Below, piece by piece: positions 39,720-49,330 of a stretch of 64,000 nucleotides of DNA. Made by a program: the position numbers and the translations under genes. Origin of the DNA: an uncultured Actinomycetes bacterium (GTDB taxonomy: Bacteria > Actinomycetota > Thermoleophilia > UBA2241); NCBI GenBank assembly GCA_963733255.1, contig CAVTCH010000007.1, positions 2,347 through 66,346 on the forward strand, read 5' to 3'. Within the stretch, counting starts at the first letter, position 1. Each line of letters opens with the position of its first letter. Below the pieces are notes generated by a model. It saw only the letters and a list, made by a program, of their open reading frames with translations, searched no databases and was not told the origin of the DNA.

Positions 39720-41006
39720 ATGAGCCGCTCCCTGGCGTTCCGCGCCCGCCGCAGCCTCAGCGAGTTCCCGCCGCAGTTCTGGCTGCTCACGATCGGTCTG
39801 CTGGTCTACGTCATCGGCGTCGACATGTGCTTTCCGTTCGAGACGCTGTTCCTGAACGGCAGCCTGCACATCTCGATGGGGATCGTAGGCCTCGTGCTGG
39901 GCGTCGCCGGGCTCGTCGGCCTGCCGTTCCAGATCCTCGGCGGCGCCTTCGCCGACCGCGTCGGGCGCCGCGGCGTCCTCATGCTGGCGGTCTGCGGCAG
40001 CGCCGTCCTCTACATCGGGCTCGGGCTGTCCCACACGCTACTGCAGGTCGTGATCCTGGTCGTCGTCGAAGCCGCCTTCGGCTGGTCGATGTTCCTCACG
40101 GGCAGCAACGCCATGGTCGCTGATCTGACGGTCGAGCATCGTCGCACCGAGGCTTTCGGGATCGTCAGGACGGCGATCAACGCGAGCATGGTCGTCGGCC
40201 CCCTGATCGCGCTGGCCTTTCTGCGCGGCGGCCCCGGGTTTCGCGGGCTCTTCATCGCCGGAGGCGGGGTCTGCCTGGTCTTTCTCGTGATCATCGTCGG
40301 CGGGCTGCGCGAGACGAAGCCGGCGGCCGCCGGGCACAGCCCGGCGGCCGCCGGCTTCGGACACATCCTGCGCGACAGGCGCTTCCTGGCCTTCTGCGGG
40401 GTCGCCCTGCTGCCCCTGTACGGCTTCGGCCAAGTCGTGTCGACCTTCCCCGTCGCGCTGCAGCAGACGCTCGGCATCACGGCCGGCCAGTGGGCCCGGC
40501 TGCTGCTCGTCTACGCGCTGGGCCTCAGCATCCTGCAGTATCCCGTCATCCGCCTGACACGCTCCTGGAACCCGCTGCTGCTGTGCTCCGCGGCGAGCGC
40601 TCTCATGGGCGTCGGCCTCGGACTCGGGCCGTTGCTGCCCTGGGGCTGGCCGACCGCCGCCCTGGTGTTGCTGGTGAGCCTGGGGGTCGTGCTGCTGATC
40701 CCCGTTGCGTCGGCCGTCGTGGCCGCCCTGGCGCCACTCGAGCTGCGCGGGCGCTACATGGGCGCCTGGACGATCGTGTATCTCGGCGGCTATGCCCTGG
40801 GGCCGCTGTGCGGCGGCTTTGCCATGGACACGCTGGGCAGCCGGCGCGCGTTCCTTGTGATCGGTGCCCTCGGGCTGGCCGGGGCGGTGTGCTTTCCCCT
40901 GCTTCGCCTCGGCGGCGCCGTCGAGGCCGGCGGTGGGCCGGGGCGCCGGCAGCCGCCCGAGACCTCGCTGGAGACCACGCTCAAACCGCCGGTCGTCGGC
41001 TCGTAA
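39720..41006 (+). CDS. MFS transporter
   Basis: Twelve TM helices with MFS motif GAFADRVGRRGVLM. It is a paralog of the MFS gene at 55898-57343 (shared FPPQFWLL N-terminus). Confidence 0.8.
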   Translation: MSRSLAFRARRSLSEFPPQFWLLTIGLLVYVIGVDMCFPFETLFLNGSLHISMGIVGLVLGVAGLVGLPFQILGGAFADRVGRRGVLMLAVCGSAVLYIGLGLSHTLLQVVILVVVEAAFGWSMFLTGSNAMVADLTVEHRRTEAFGIVRTAINASMVVGPLIALAFLRGGPGFRGLFIAGGGVCLVFLVIIVGGLRETKPAAAGHSPAAAGFGHILRDRRFLAFCGVALLPLYGFGQVVSTFPVALQQTLGITAGQWARLLLVYALGLSILQYPVIRLTRSWNPLLLCSAASALMGVGLGLGPLLPWGWPTAALVLLVSLGVVLLIPVASAVVAALAPLELRGRYMGAWTIVYLGGYALGPLCGGFAMDTLGSRRAFLVIGALGLAGAVCFPLLRLGGAVEAGGGPGRRQPPETSLETTLKPPVVGS

Positions 41007-41087
41007 AGAGCTCACCGCGCCGCGACGCCGCCCCGCCGCGACGCCGCGACCGGCGGGCTGCGGTAGCATAGGCGTGCCGACAGGAAG

Positions 41088-41606
41088 GTGGCTGCCATGC
41101 AGGCCGTCGTGGTGTACGAATCGTTATGGGGCAACACCGCCGCCGTCGCCCGCGCCGTGGCCGCGGGCATCGGGCCGCAGACTCAGGCGCTCTCCACCGC
41201 CGATGCCACCGTCGAGGCCCTGGCCGGGGTCGATCTCATCGTGGCCGGCGCCCCAGTGCTGGGTTTCAAGCTGCCATCGGAGCTGATGCGCGCGAGCATC
41301 GCCGCCAACCCCGGCAGGGCGCCGTCGCCGCCCGATCTGTCGCACCCGCCGATGCGGGCGTGGCTCGCGGCGCTGCCGGCCGGACACGGTCGGGCGGCCG
41401 CCTTTGAGACGCGCGTGCCCGGTCCCTGGGGAAGCTCCGCCCCGGCCATCGCCAAGGGCCTGACGAAGGCGGGCTACGAGCCGCTGGGCAAACCGCGGAG
41501 CTTCGTCGTCACTGGCAAGTTCGGGCCGCTGCGCGAGGGCGAGCTCGACAAGGCGCGCCTCTGGGGGGCCGAGCTCGCCCAGTCGATGCAGGAGGGATCA
41601 CGATGA
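41088..41606 (+). CDS. Flavodoxin-like fold protein
   Basis: MQAVVVYESLWGNTAAVARAVAAGIG...DLIVAGAPVLGF is a flavodoxin-type beta-alpha-beta start. Its stop overlaps the next gene's ATG. Confidence 0.5.
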   Translation: MAAMQAVVVYESLWGNTAAVARAVAAGIGPQTQALSTADATVEALAGVDLIVAGAPVLGFKLPSELMRASIAANPGRAPSPPDLSHPPMRAWLAALPAGHGRAAAFETRVPGPWGSSAPAIAKGLTKAGYEPLGKPRSFVVTGKFGPLREGELDKARLWGAELAQSMQEGSR

Positions 41607-42715
41607 AGTACGTGCGCATGCCCATCGAAGTCGAGTCGCCCGAGGAGTTCGGCTACGAGCGGATCAAGTTCAATCTCTCGGAGAGCTCCGTGCGCGACCG
41701 CTCGCTCGCCGAGGTCGGCGCCGGCCTGCGCGACCTCGTGCTGTTCTACGGCAGCCACGAGGGTCACCCCGGCCTGCGCGAGATCGTCGCCCGGACGGCC
41801 GGCGGCGGCCTCACCACCGACGACGTGCTCGTCACGGCCGGCGCCGCCGGCGCCCTCTTCATCATCGCCACGACGCTCCTCGAGAAAGGGGACCACCTGG
41901 TCGTGGTGCGGCCCAACTACGCGACCAACATCGAGACGCCGCGCGCTATCGAGGCCGACATCAGCTTCCTCGACCTGGCCTTCGAAGAGGGCTTCGCGAT
42001 CGACATCGACCGCCTGGCCGGGCTCGTGACGCCGCGCACGAAGTACGTCAGCGTCACGCAGCCGCACAATCCCACCGGACAGCTCATGAGCGAGTCCGAC
42101 CTGCGCCGCCTGGTGGCGCTGGTCGAGTCGGCCGGCTGCCGGCTGCTGGTCGACGAGACCTACCGCGAGATGACCTTCGGCACGCCGCTGCCCTGCGCCG
42201 CCTCGCTCTCGCCGCGGGTCGTCAGCGTGTCGTCGCTTTCGAAGACGTACGGCATCCCCGGCATCCGCACCGGCTGGCTCATGACCCGCGACCGCGAGCT
42301 CATGACCACCTTCCTGGCCGCCAAGGAGCAGATCGGCATCTGCGGCAGCGTCGTCGACGAGGAGATCGCCTATCAGGCGCTGCGCGGCCGCGACGCCTGG
42401 CTTGCCGACGTCGGCGGGCGCATCCGCGCGGCGCTGGCCACGATGCGCGCCTGGATGGCCGGCGAAGAGCTGCTGGAGTGGGTCGAGCCCAGGGGCGGCG
42501 TCGTGTGCTTTCCGCGCATCAGGCCCGCGGCACCGGTCGACGTCGACGACTTCTATCGCCGGCTGAGCGACGAGCACGCCACCTACGTCGGTCCGGGGCA
42601 TTGGTTCGAGCAGTCCCGCCGCCACATGCGGATCGGCTTCGGCTGGCCTACGGCGGCCGAGCTCGAGGGCGGCCTGCGCGCCGTCTCGGCGGCGCTGCAC
42701 GAAGCGCTGCGCTGA
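41603..42715 (+). CDS. Class I/II PLP-dependent aminotransferase
   Basis: ...VRPNYATNIETPRA..., ...SLSKTYGIPGIRTGWL (PLP-lysine SxSK motif). Confidence 0.8.
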   Translation: MKYVRMPIEVESPEEFGYERIKFNLSESSVRDRSLAEVGAGLRDLVLFYGSHEGHPGLREIVARTAGGGLTTDDVLVTAGAAGALFIIATTLLEKGDHLVVVRPNYATNIETPRAIEADISFLDLAFEEGFAIDIDRLAGLVTPRTKYVSVTQPHNPTGQLMSESDLRRLVALVESAGCRLLVDETYREMTFGTPLPCAASLSPRVVSVSSLSKTYGIPGIRTGWLMTRDRELMTTFLAAKEQIGICGSVVDEEIAYQALRGRDAWLADVGGRIRAALATMRAWMAGEELLEWVEPRGGVVCFPRIRPAAPVDVDDFYRRLSDEHATYVGPGHWFEQSRRHMRIGFGWPTAAELEGGLRAVSAALHEALR

Positions 42716-42836
42716 CGCCGACGGGCTTGCGGCGATCTCACCGTCCGCTCACGACAGCCTGACCTTCCGCTGCCATAGTCGAGCCGTACGCCTGACAGGG
42801 GTCGCGGCCGGTGGGCCGCCCGAGAAGGGAGTGGGC

Positions 42837-43013
42837 ATGATCTTCGCGTCGTGCAGGCAGTGCGGTCTTGCGATGGACATCTTCCAGGAGCCTTCGCAGC
42901 TGTTCCGCGCACCCCTCGCCTGTCCGCGCTGCGGCGGGCTCGATCTCAAGCTGCAGACGGCCGACGACTGCGCGTCACCGGACCTCGACGACCGCGACGC
43001 GCAGGCCGCCTGA
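42837..43013 (+). CDS. Small zinc-ribbon protein (58 aa)
   Basis: MIFASCRQCGLAMDIF...LACPRCGG carries two CxxC pairs. RBS GAAGGGAG sits 7 nt before the ATG at 42837. Confidence 0.35.
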   Translation: MIFASCRQCGLAMDIFQEPSQLFRAPLACPRCGGLDLKLQTADDCASPDLDDRDAQAA

Positions 43014-43378
43014 GCCGCGAGTTCCCCCGGGCTCGCAGGGCGGCGGCGACGCCTCGCCGATCGCCCCGGGCCGGACCGATCCGCCCCGGGCTGGGCCGAC
43101 CGCCGGAACTCTCAGTCGATCCATATCCTGCGCTCATGGTGCTCTCAGGTCGTCGTGGCAACCTGTAGCCGACCCTCCTCGGTCGGGGCGCTCCCTTGGG
43201 CGCCCTCGCACGGTCCCTCTGACCCGGGGACCTGCCCGGCCCACCGCCTCGTGATCCCCGCGGCGGTGGGCCTTACTCTAAGGCTCTCGCCGACGTTGAG
43301 GCTCGAGCCTGGAGCCCGCACAGGCCTCTACGGTCCGATGCCGTCGCTAAGGTTTCATCGTCCGATTGCCGAATAGTC

Positions 43379-43397
43379 ATAGGTAGGCTATCCTAAG
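43379..43397. promoter_or_regulatory. Iron-box-like DtxR/IdeR operator (ATAGGTAGGCTATCCTAAG)
   Basis: Compare the actinobacterial IdeR consensus TTAGGTTAGGCTAACCTAA. It lies 22 nt upstream of the dtxR-family ATG, in a locally AT-rich patch. Confidence 0.5.
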
Positions 43398-43419
43398 CAA
43401 GGAGCGAAGGGAGCCGAAC

Positions 43420-44085
43420 ATGGGCGGCACGAGCCAGCGTAGCGAGAGTCGTGAGGAGTACCTCGAGGCCATCTTCAAGGTGGCACAGCACCCCGAGGGG
43501 GCGACCGTGGGTCGCGTGGCCGACGAGCTCGGTCTGGCGGCGCCCTCCGTGTCGCAGATGGTCTCGCGGCTGACCGGCGAGGGGCTCGTCGAACGCGACG
43601 CGTCCGGCCGTGTGCTGCTGACGAGCGAAGGCCGCCGCCAGGCGCTGCGCCTGGTCCGGCGCCACCGCCTGAGCGAGCGCTTTCTCACCGACTATCTCGA
43701 CCTTCCCTGGGACCAGGTCCACGACGAGGCCTGCAAGTTCGAGCACGTCCTCTCCGACGAGGTCGAGGAGCGCCTGGCGGCGCATCTCGGCAACCCGCAG
43801 ACCTGCCCCCATGGACGCGCCATCCCGAGCGCCGACGGCGAGCTGCCACCCGAGCAGGCGCGGCCGCTGGCCGAGCTCTCCGCCGGGCAGAAGAGCACGA
43901 TCTCGTTCGTGTCCGACGAGCAGCCCGACCTGCTGCGCTACCTGTCCTCGCTCGGCCTGCTGCCCGAGACGGCCGTCTCCGTCGAAGACATCGCGCCCTT
44001 CGGCGGACCCCTTCTCGTGCGCGTCGGGCGCGCCCGCTACGCACTCGGCCGCGAGGTCGCCGGCAAGATCTTCGTGCGCGCCTAG
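43420..44085 (+). CDS. DtxR/IdeR/MntR-family metal-dependent transcriptional regulator with C-terminal FeoA/SH3-like domain
   Basis: EEYLEAIFKV...VGRVADELGLAAPSVSQMVSRL (HTH), the metal-site region RRHRLSERFL...DQVHDEACKFEHV, and a C-terminal FeoA-like fold. Confidence 0.85.
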   Translation: MGGTSQRSESREEYLEAIFKVAQHPEGATVGRVADELGLAAPSVSQMVSRLTGEGLVERDASGRVLLTSEGRRQALRLVRRHRLSERFLTDYLDLPWDQVHDEACKFEHVLSDEVEERLAAHLGNPQTCPHGRAIPSADGELPPEQARPLAELSAGQKSTISFVSDEQPDLLRYLSSLGLLPETAVSVEDIAPFGGPLLVRVGRARYALGREVAGKIFVRA

Positions 44086-44113
44086 CGCCGTGGCCGCGAC
44101 GACCTGCAGCGAC

Positions 44114-46066
44114 GTGAGCACCAAGCGGCGCTCCACCAGCGCGATCGTCGCCTGCCTTGCCGGCAACCCCAACGTCGGCAAGTCGACCCTGTTCAACCGC
44201 CTGACCGGCTCGGCGGTCGAGACCGCCAACTACCCGGGCATGACCGTTGGTCTGAACGTCGCCCGCGCCCGCTGGGCCGGCCAGGAGGTACAGCTCGTCG
44301 ACCTTCCCGGCACCTACGCCCTCGACCCGGTCTCAGAGGACCAGTGGGTCGCGCGTCACGGTCTCGTCGACTGGCAGCCCGACGTCGTCGTGGCCGTGGT
44401 CGACGCCACCAACCTGCCGCGTAACCTCTACCTCGTGCTGCAGCTCGTCGACCTCGGCCTGCGAGTCGTGGTCGCCCTGAACCTGTTCGACGAAGCGCGC
44501 CGGCAGTCGCTGCGCATCGATCCGCGGGCGCTTTCGCAGGCTCTGGGCCTGCCGGTGGTCGCCACGGTCGCGCGGCGCGGCGAGGGTCTCGACGAGCTCA
44601 CCGTCGCCGCCGCCGCGGTGGCCATCTCCAGAGACGGTCTCGGACGCGGGCGCGCGGTGCGCTACTCGCCGGCGATCGAGACGCAGGTCTCCCGCCTGGT
44701 CGCAGAGCTCGAAGACGGCGATATGGCGCTGCCCGAGGGGCTGCCGCCGCGCGCCGCCGCCCTGGCGCTGCTCGAAGGAGACCAGGAGCTGGTCGCGGCC
44801 TTCGACGAGGCCGGCGCGGCCGCCCCGGCATCGCTGGCGGTGCCCATCGCCGCGGCCCGCCACGCCGCCGCGACGGCTCTCGCCGAGGCCTGTACCGAGG
44901 GCCACGGCGGCGGGCGCGAGTCGACCGCCGACCGCTGGTGGCGGGCGACCACGTCGCCTCTCACCGGCGTGCCGATCCTGCTCGGCGTGCTGGCCGCGGT
45001 GTTCGCCTTTCTGTTCTTCGTCGGCGGCTGGCTTTCGAGTCTGCTGACCTCGGTGTGGATGGCCACGGCGTCGCCGGTGCTCGCCTCGGCGGTCCACGGC
45101 GTCTTCGGCTACGGCGCGCTGGCGGGTACCCTGCTCTGGGGCCTCGACGGCGGCATCCTCGCCGCGCTCGCGGTCGGCATCCCCTACATCCTCACCTTCT
45201 ACTTCGTGCTCGCCCTGCTCGAAGACTCGGGCTACATGAACGCCGCCGCCTTTCTGGCCGACCGTGTCATGCACCTGTTCGGTCTGCACGGTCGCGCGGT
45301 CATCCCGCTGATGGCCGCGGCCGGTTGCAACGTGCCGGCCATCATGGGCACGCGGGTGCTCTCGACCAAGCGCGAGCGCACGATCGCCTGCGCGCTCGTC
45401 GTCCTGGTGCCCTGCAGCGCGCGCACGGCCGTCATCCTGGGTTCGGTCTCGCTGTTCGTCGGCTGGCAGTGGGCGCTGCTCGTGTTCGCCATCCTCGGCG
45501 CGGTGGGCCTTGCCGCGGGGCTGCTGCTGAACGTCATCCTGCCGGGCGAGCCCGAGGGGCTCGTGATGGAGATGTTCCCGTTCCGGCGCCCCTCGCTGCG
45601 CCTCGTGGCGACCAAGACCTGGAAGCGCTTCTGGATGTTTCTGTACGCGGCGGCGCCGATCATGCTGATCGGCAGCTTCGCGCTGGGCGCCCTCTACGAG
45701 ACGGGCCTCATCTGGCATCTGATCGGGCCGCTGCGGCCGCTCGTCGTGGTCTGGCTGGGCCTGCCGGCCGTGACGGGGCTGACGCTGCTGCTCTCGGTGC
45801 TGCGCAAGGAGCTCGCCCTGCAGATGCTGGTGGTCTTCGCGGTGGCGCGCTTCGGCGTCGCGGCGCACAACCTGCGCACCTTCATGACGCCCCACCAGAT
45901 CGTCGTCTACGCCTTGGTGGCCGCCATCTTCGTGCCCTGCATAGCCACCATCGCCATGCTCGGCCGCGAGCTGGGCTGGCGGCGGGCCGGCGCGATCAGC
46001 GCCGGCACGATCGTCACCGCCTTGCTGGTCGGCGGGGCCGTGGCCCACGTGCTGCCGCTGCTGTAG
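44114..46066 (+). CDS. feoB: Ferrous iron transport protein B
   Basis: G-domain GNPNVGKSTLFNRLTG...DLPGTYAL, a GDI-like region, and a C-terminal polytopic membrane domain with the two Gate motifs. The start is GTG 44090 or 44114; the ORF track (43811) overlaps dtxR in another frame. Confidence 0.85.
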   Translation: MSTKRRSTSAIVACLAGNPNVGKSTLFNRLTGSAVETANYPGMTVGLNVARARWAGQEVQLVDLPGTYALDPVSEDQWVARHGLVDWQPDVVVAVVDATNLPRNLYLVLQLVDLGLRVVVALNLFDEARRQSLRIDPRALSQALGLPVVATVARRGEGLDELTVAAAAVAISRDGLGRGRAVRYSPAIETQVSRLVAELEDGDMALPEGLPPRAAALALLEGDQELVAAFDEAGAAAPASLAVPIAAARHAAATALAEACTEGHGGGRESTADRWWRATTSPLTGVPILLGVLAAVFAFLFFVGGWLSSLLTSVWMATASPVLASAVHGVFGYGALAGTLLWGLDGGILAALAVGIPYILTFYFVLALLEDSGYMNAAAFLADRVMHLFGLHGRAVIPLMAAAGCNVPAIMGTRVLSTKRERTIACALVVLVPCSARTAVILGSVSLFVGWQWALLVFAILGAVGLAAGLLLNVILPGEPEGLVMEMFPFRRPSLRLVATKTWKRFWMFLYAAAPIMLIGSFALGALYETGLIWHLIGPLRPLVVVWLGLPAVTGLTLLLSVLRKELALQMLVVFAVARFGVAAHNLRTFMTPHQIVVYALVAAIFVPCIATIAMLGRELGWRRAGAISAGTIVTALLVGGAVAHVLPLL

Positions 46067-46127
46067 GGAGGGGCGGGGCGCGCGGCCCACCGTCCGAGCG
46101 TTTGCACTTTCGCGGGCCGAGCGGTCG

Positions 46128-46160
46128 GCCTTCACTCGGCCTTCACTTCGCCTTCACTTC
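46128..46160. repeat. 11-bp tandem repeat x3 (gccttcact[t/c][c/g]) followed by a 7-bp-stem hairpin (ccggtgg-ctg-ccaccgg, 46171-46187) between convergent feoB and pntB
   Basis: Seen directly in the sequence. Confidence 0.6.
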
Positions 46161-46192
46161 GCCCCGCGCTCCGGTGGCTGCCACCGGGACCG

Positions 46193-47602
46193 TCAGAGGC
46201 TTTTGATGCCGCGGATCAGCTCTGCCGCCGCTTCCTGGCCGTCCCGATAGAGCATGCGCACGTTGTCGGCGAAGAACAGCGGGTTCTCGATGCCGGCAAA
46301 GCCGGCCCCCGCGCCGCGCTTGATCACGACCACGTTCCCGGCCTTGCCCACGTCCAGGATCGGCATCCCGTAGATAGGGCTGGCGGGGTCGGTCCTGGCC
46401 GCCAGGTTGACGGTGTCGTTGGCGCCGATCACGAGCGCCACGTCGGTGGTGGCGAACTCGGGGTTGATGTCGTCGAGGTCGTAGATGAAGTCGTAGGGCA
46501 CGCCGGCTTCGGCCAGCAGCACGTTCATGTGGCCCGGCATGCGGCCGGCCACCGGATGGATGGCGAACTTCACCTGCACGCCCCTGTCGATCAGCAGCTG
46601 GGCGAGCTCCCAGACCTTGTGCTGGGCCTGCGCCACGGCCATGCCGTAGCCCGGGGCGATCACCACCTTGCCGGCGTAGGCCATCATGATGGCGGCGTCG
46701 TCGGCGTCGATCGGCCGCGCGGCGCCGGTCGCCGCGGCCTGCGCGTCGCCGCTCGGCGCGCCGCCGAAGCCGCTGAAGAGCACGTTGGCCAGCGAGCGGT
46801 TCATGGCCCGCGCCATGAGCTGCGTCAGCATCGTGCCGGCCGCTCCGACCACCATGCCGGCGATGATCATCGCGGGGTTGGCGAGCACGTAGCCCTCGAA
46901 GGCCACCGCCAGACCGGTCAGGGCGTTGTAGAGCGAGATGACGACCGGCATGTCGGCGCCGCCGATGGGCAGCGTCATGAGGATGCCGAACGCGAAGGCA
47001 ACGGCGATGAAGGCCGCCACCAGCGGGGTGCCGACATGCCTGATCGTGCCCGTCTCACCGAGGATGACGAGTACCCCGGCGGCGGCGGCGACCGCCAGCA
47101 CGAGCAGGTCGGCCACGTTCTGGCCGGGGAACGACAGCACCCGCTTGACCAGACCCTGCAACTTGGCGAAGGCGATCAGGCTGCCGCCGAACGACACGGC
47201 ACCGATCAGGGCGCCGACCACGGCGAAGATGGCGACGTCGGCCGGCCGCCGGGCGGCGACGGCCGCTCCGCCCTTGATCAACTCCACGGCGGCGATGGCC
47301 GCCGCCGCCCCGCCGCCCATGCCGTTGAACAGCGCGATCATCTGCGGCATGCCGGTCATGGGCACGCGCTGTCCCGACCACTGCGCGATCACTACGCCCA
47401 CGACCACGGCGCCGATCATGAGCGGCCGGTGGTGCATCCCCGGCGTGAACAGCGTGGCCACGGCCGCCACGGTCATGCCCACGCCCGCCCAGACGATGCC
47501 GCGCCGCGCGGTCGCCGGCGAGCTCATGCTGCGCAAGCCGGCGATGAACAGCACCGCCGTGGCGAAATAGCTCGCCTTGATGATCGCCTCGACCACGCTC
47601 AC
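46193..47602 (-). CDS. pntB: NAD(P) transhydrogenase subunit beta
   Basis: N-terminal polytopic membrane domain plus the C-terminal dIII NADP(H)-binding domain (GYGMAVAQAQH...NVLLAEAGVPYD). Confidence 0.9.
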   Translation of the reverse strand: MSVVEAIIKASYFATAVLFIAGLRSMSSPATARRGIVWAGVGMTVAAVATLFTPGMHHRPLMIGAVVVGVVIAQWSGQRVPMTGMPQMIALFNGMGGGAAAAIAAVELIKGGAAVAARRPADVAIFAVVGALIGAVSFGGSLIAFAKLQGLVKRVLSFPGQNVADLLVLAVAAAAGVLVILGETGTIRHVGTPLVAAFIAVAFAFGILMTLPIGGADMPVVISLYNALTGLAVAFEGYVLANPAMIIAGMVVGAAGTMLTQLMARAMNRSLANVLFSGFGGAPSGDAQAAATGAARPIDADDAAIMMAYAGKVVIAPGYGMAVAQAQHKVWELAQLLIDRGVQVKFAIHPVAGRMPGHMNVLLAEAGVPYDFIYDLDDINPEFATTDVALVIGANDTVNLAARTDPASPIYGMPILDVGKAGNVVVIKRGAGAGFAGIENPLFFADNVRMLYRDGQEAAAELIRGIKSL

Positions 47603-47973
47603 GGCCGGTCCGCGGCCGGCGGTTCGCCGGCCTCCGAAGGTCGACTGTCGCCGGCCGCACCGCCGCCGGCCGCGCCTTCGCCGCCGGCGTCGCGCTCGCG
47701 GCTGCTCTTGAACATGGCCAGCATACGCACCGTCACGACGTAGCCGCCGTGTACGTTCATGGCGGCGAGCACGACCGCGAACACGCCGATGGCCTCCTCC
47801 AGCGGCGTGCGGGCGAAGCCCAAGGTGACGAGGGCGCCGACCAGCACGATGCCGTGCACGAAGTTGGCGCCCGACATGAGCGGGGTGTGAAGGATGACCG
47901 GCACCGCGCCGATGACGACGTAGCCGGTGAAGGCGGCCAGCATGAAGATGTACAGAGCCGTCCAGCCGCTCAT
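47599..47973 (-). CDS. pntAB: NAD(P) transhydrogenase subunit alpha part 2 (membrane dII segment)
   Basis: Short three-to-four-TM protein (FTGYVVIGAVPVILHTPLMSGANFVHGIVLVGALV) overlapping pntB. Confidence 0.8.
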   Translation of the reverse strand: MSGWTALYIFMLAAFTGYVVIGAVPVILHTPLMSGANFVHGIVLVGALVTLGFARTPLEEAIGVFAVVLAAMNVHGGYVVTVRMLAMFKSSRERDAGGEGAAGGGAAGDSRPSEAGEPPAADRP

Positions 47974-49193
47974 GGGGCCTCTTTGGCGCCGCTGCCGGGC
48001 CGCTCGCCGCGCGGCTCGCCGGGCCGGTCCCCCGGTGTGCGGCCCGTAAGGCGTGCCACCGCGAGCTCGTCGAGCGCCGCCCGCGTCGGTGCGTGGAGCA
48101 CGACCCCGTCGCGGGTGAGCAGGCTCGCCGCGACGATCTCGTCGTCCCAGCGCGGGGCGAGCTCGCCGCCGTCGAGCAGCAGGCCGAGAAAGTCCAGCAC
48201 GTTGCGGGCGTAGGTCTCGCTGGCGTTCACCGGCAGCAGGCTCGGCACGTTGAGCGGCCCGAACACGGTCACGCCCGCGCTCTCGATCGTCTCGCCGGGT
48301 CGGGTGAGCTCGCAGTTGCCGCCGCTTTCGGCCGCGAGGTCGACCACGACCGAGCCCGGCCTCATGCGCCCGACCATCTCCGCGGTGATCAGCACCGGGG
48401 CACTCCGTCCCGGGATGGCGGCGGTCGTCACTACGGCGTCGGAGCCGGCGACGTGCTCGCCGAGCAGGGCGCGCTGGCGTTCCTGCTCGGCGGCGGTGAG
48501 GGCGCGCGCGTAGCCCCCTGCCGCCGACGCGTCGAGGTCGAGTGAGACGAACTTCGCGCCCAGCGACTCGACCTGTTCCCTGGCCGCCGGGCGGACGTCG
48601 TAGGCCGAGACCATGGCGCCCAGACGCCGCGCCGTGGCGATCGCCTGCAAGCCGGCCACGCCGGCGCCCAGCACGAGCACCCTGGCCGGCCGGATGGTGC
48701 CGGCCGGGGTCGTCAGCATGGGAAAGAAGCGGCCCAGGCCCGAGGCCGCCAGCAGCACCGCCCGGTAGCCGGCGATCGAGGCCTGCGAGCTCAGGGCGTC
48801 CATCGACTGGGCCCGCGTGATGCGCGGTATGAGCTCCAGGGCAAAGGCTGTCACGCCGCGGTCGCGCAGGCCCGCGATGCCTTCGAGCCCCCCGCCCGGC
48901 TCCATGAACCCGATGACCACCTGGCCCTCGTGGAGCAACTCGATCTCGTGCGGAGCCGGCGGTCGTACCTTGACGACCACCTCGGCGTCCTGCAGGAGCT
49001 CCGCGGCCGTCTCGACCAGGTCGGCGCCCGCCTCAGCGTACTCGTCGTCGGGGAAGTAGCTGCCGGCTCCGGCGCCGGCGGCGACCGTCACGTGCACGCC
49101 GCGAGCAGCGAGCTTGGCGACGGTGGCCGGGACCAGCGCTACGCGGCGTTCTCCGGCGGTCACCTCTCTGGGAACCGCCACCCTGGCACTCAT
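47970..49193 (-). CDS. pntAA: NAD(P) transhydrogenase subunit alpha part 1 (dI, alanine-dehydrogenase-like)
   Basis: MSARVAVPREV...; Rossmann VLVLGAGVAGLQAIATARRLGA. The ATG at 49193 is chosen; the ORF track extends to 49328. Confidence 0.85.
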   Translation of the reverse strand: MSARVAVPREVTAGERRVALVPATVAKLAARGVHVTVAAGAGAGSYFPDDEYAEAGADLVETAAELLQDAEVVVKVRPPAPHEIELLHEGQVVIGFMEPGGGLEGIAGLRDRGVTAFALELIPRITRAQSMDALSSQASIAGYRAVLLAASGLGRFFPMLTTPAGTIRPARVLVLGAGVAGLQAIATARRLGAMVSAYDVRPAAREQVESLGAKFVSLDLDASAAGGYARALTAAEQERQRALLGEHVAGSDAVVTTAAIPGRSAPVLITAEMVGRMRPGSVVVDLAAESGGNCELTRPGETIESAGVTVFGPLNVPSLLPVNASETYARNVLDFLGLLLDGGELAPRWDDEIVAASLLTRDGVVLHAPTRAALDELAVARLTGRTPGDRPGEPRGERPGSGAKEAP

Positions 49194-49330
49194 CGTGGCG
49201 CCCGCGTGTCGAGGCGAAGGCCGTCGCCGGGCGGTCACGGACAGGCCGGTCACAGGATCCCACGGGTGATGCCCTCCATCGGTCGGCCACGCACGACTGC
49301 CGTGCGAGGTCGAGCGTACTGTTCCCACGT

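Noticed and set aside
44333-46135. 600-aa minus-strand ORF opposite feoB
   Set aside because: Antisense to the well-supported feoB reading frame, with a His/Arg/Gly/Asp-rich translation.
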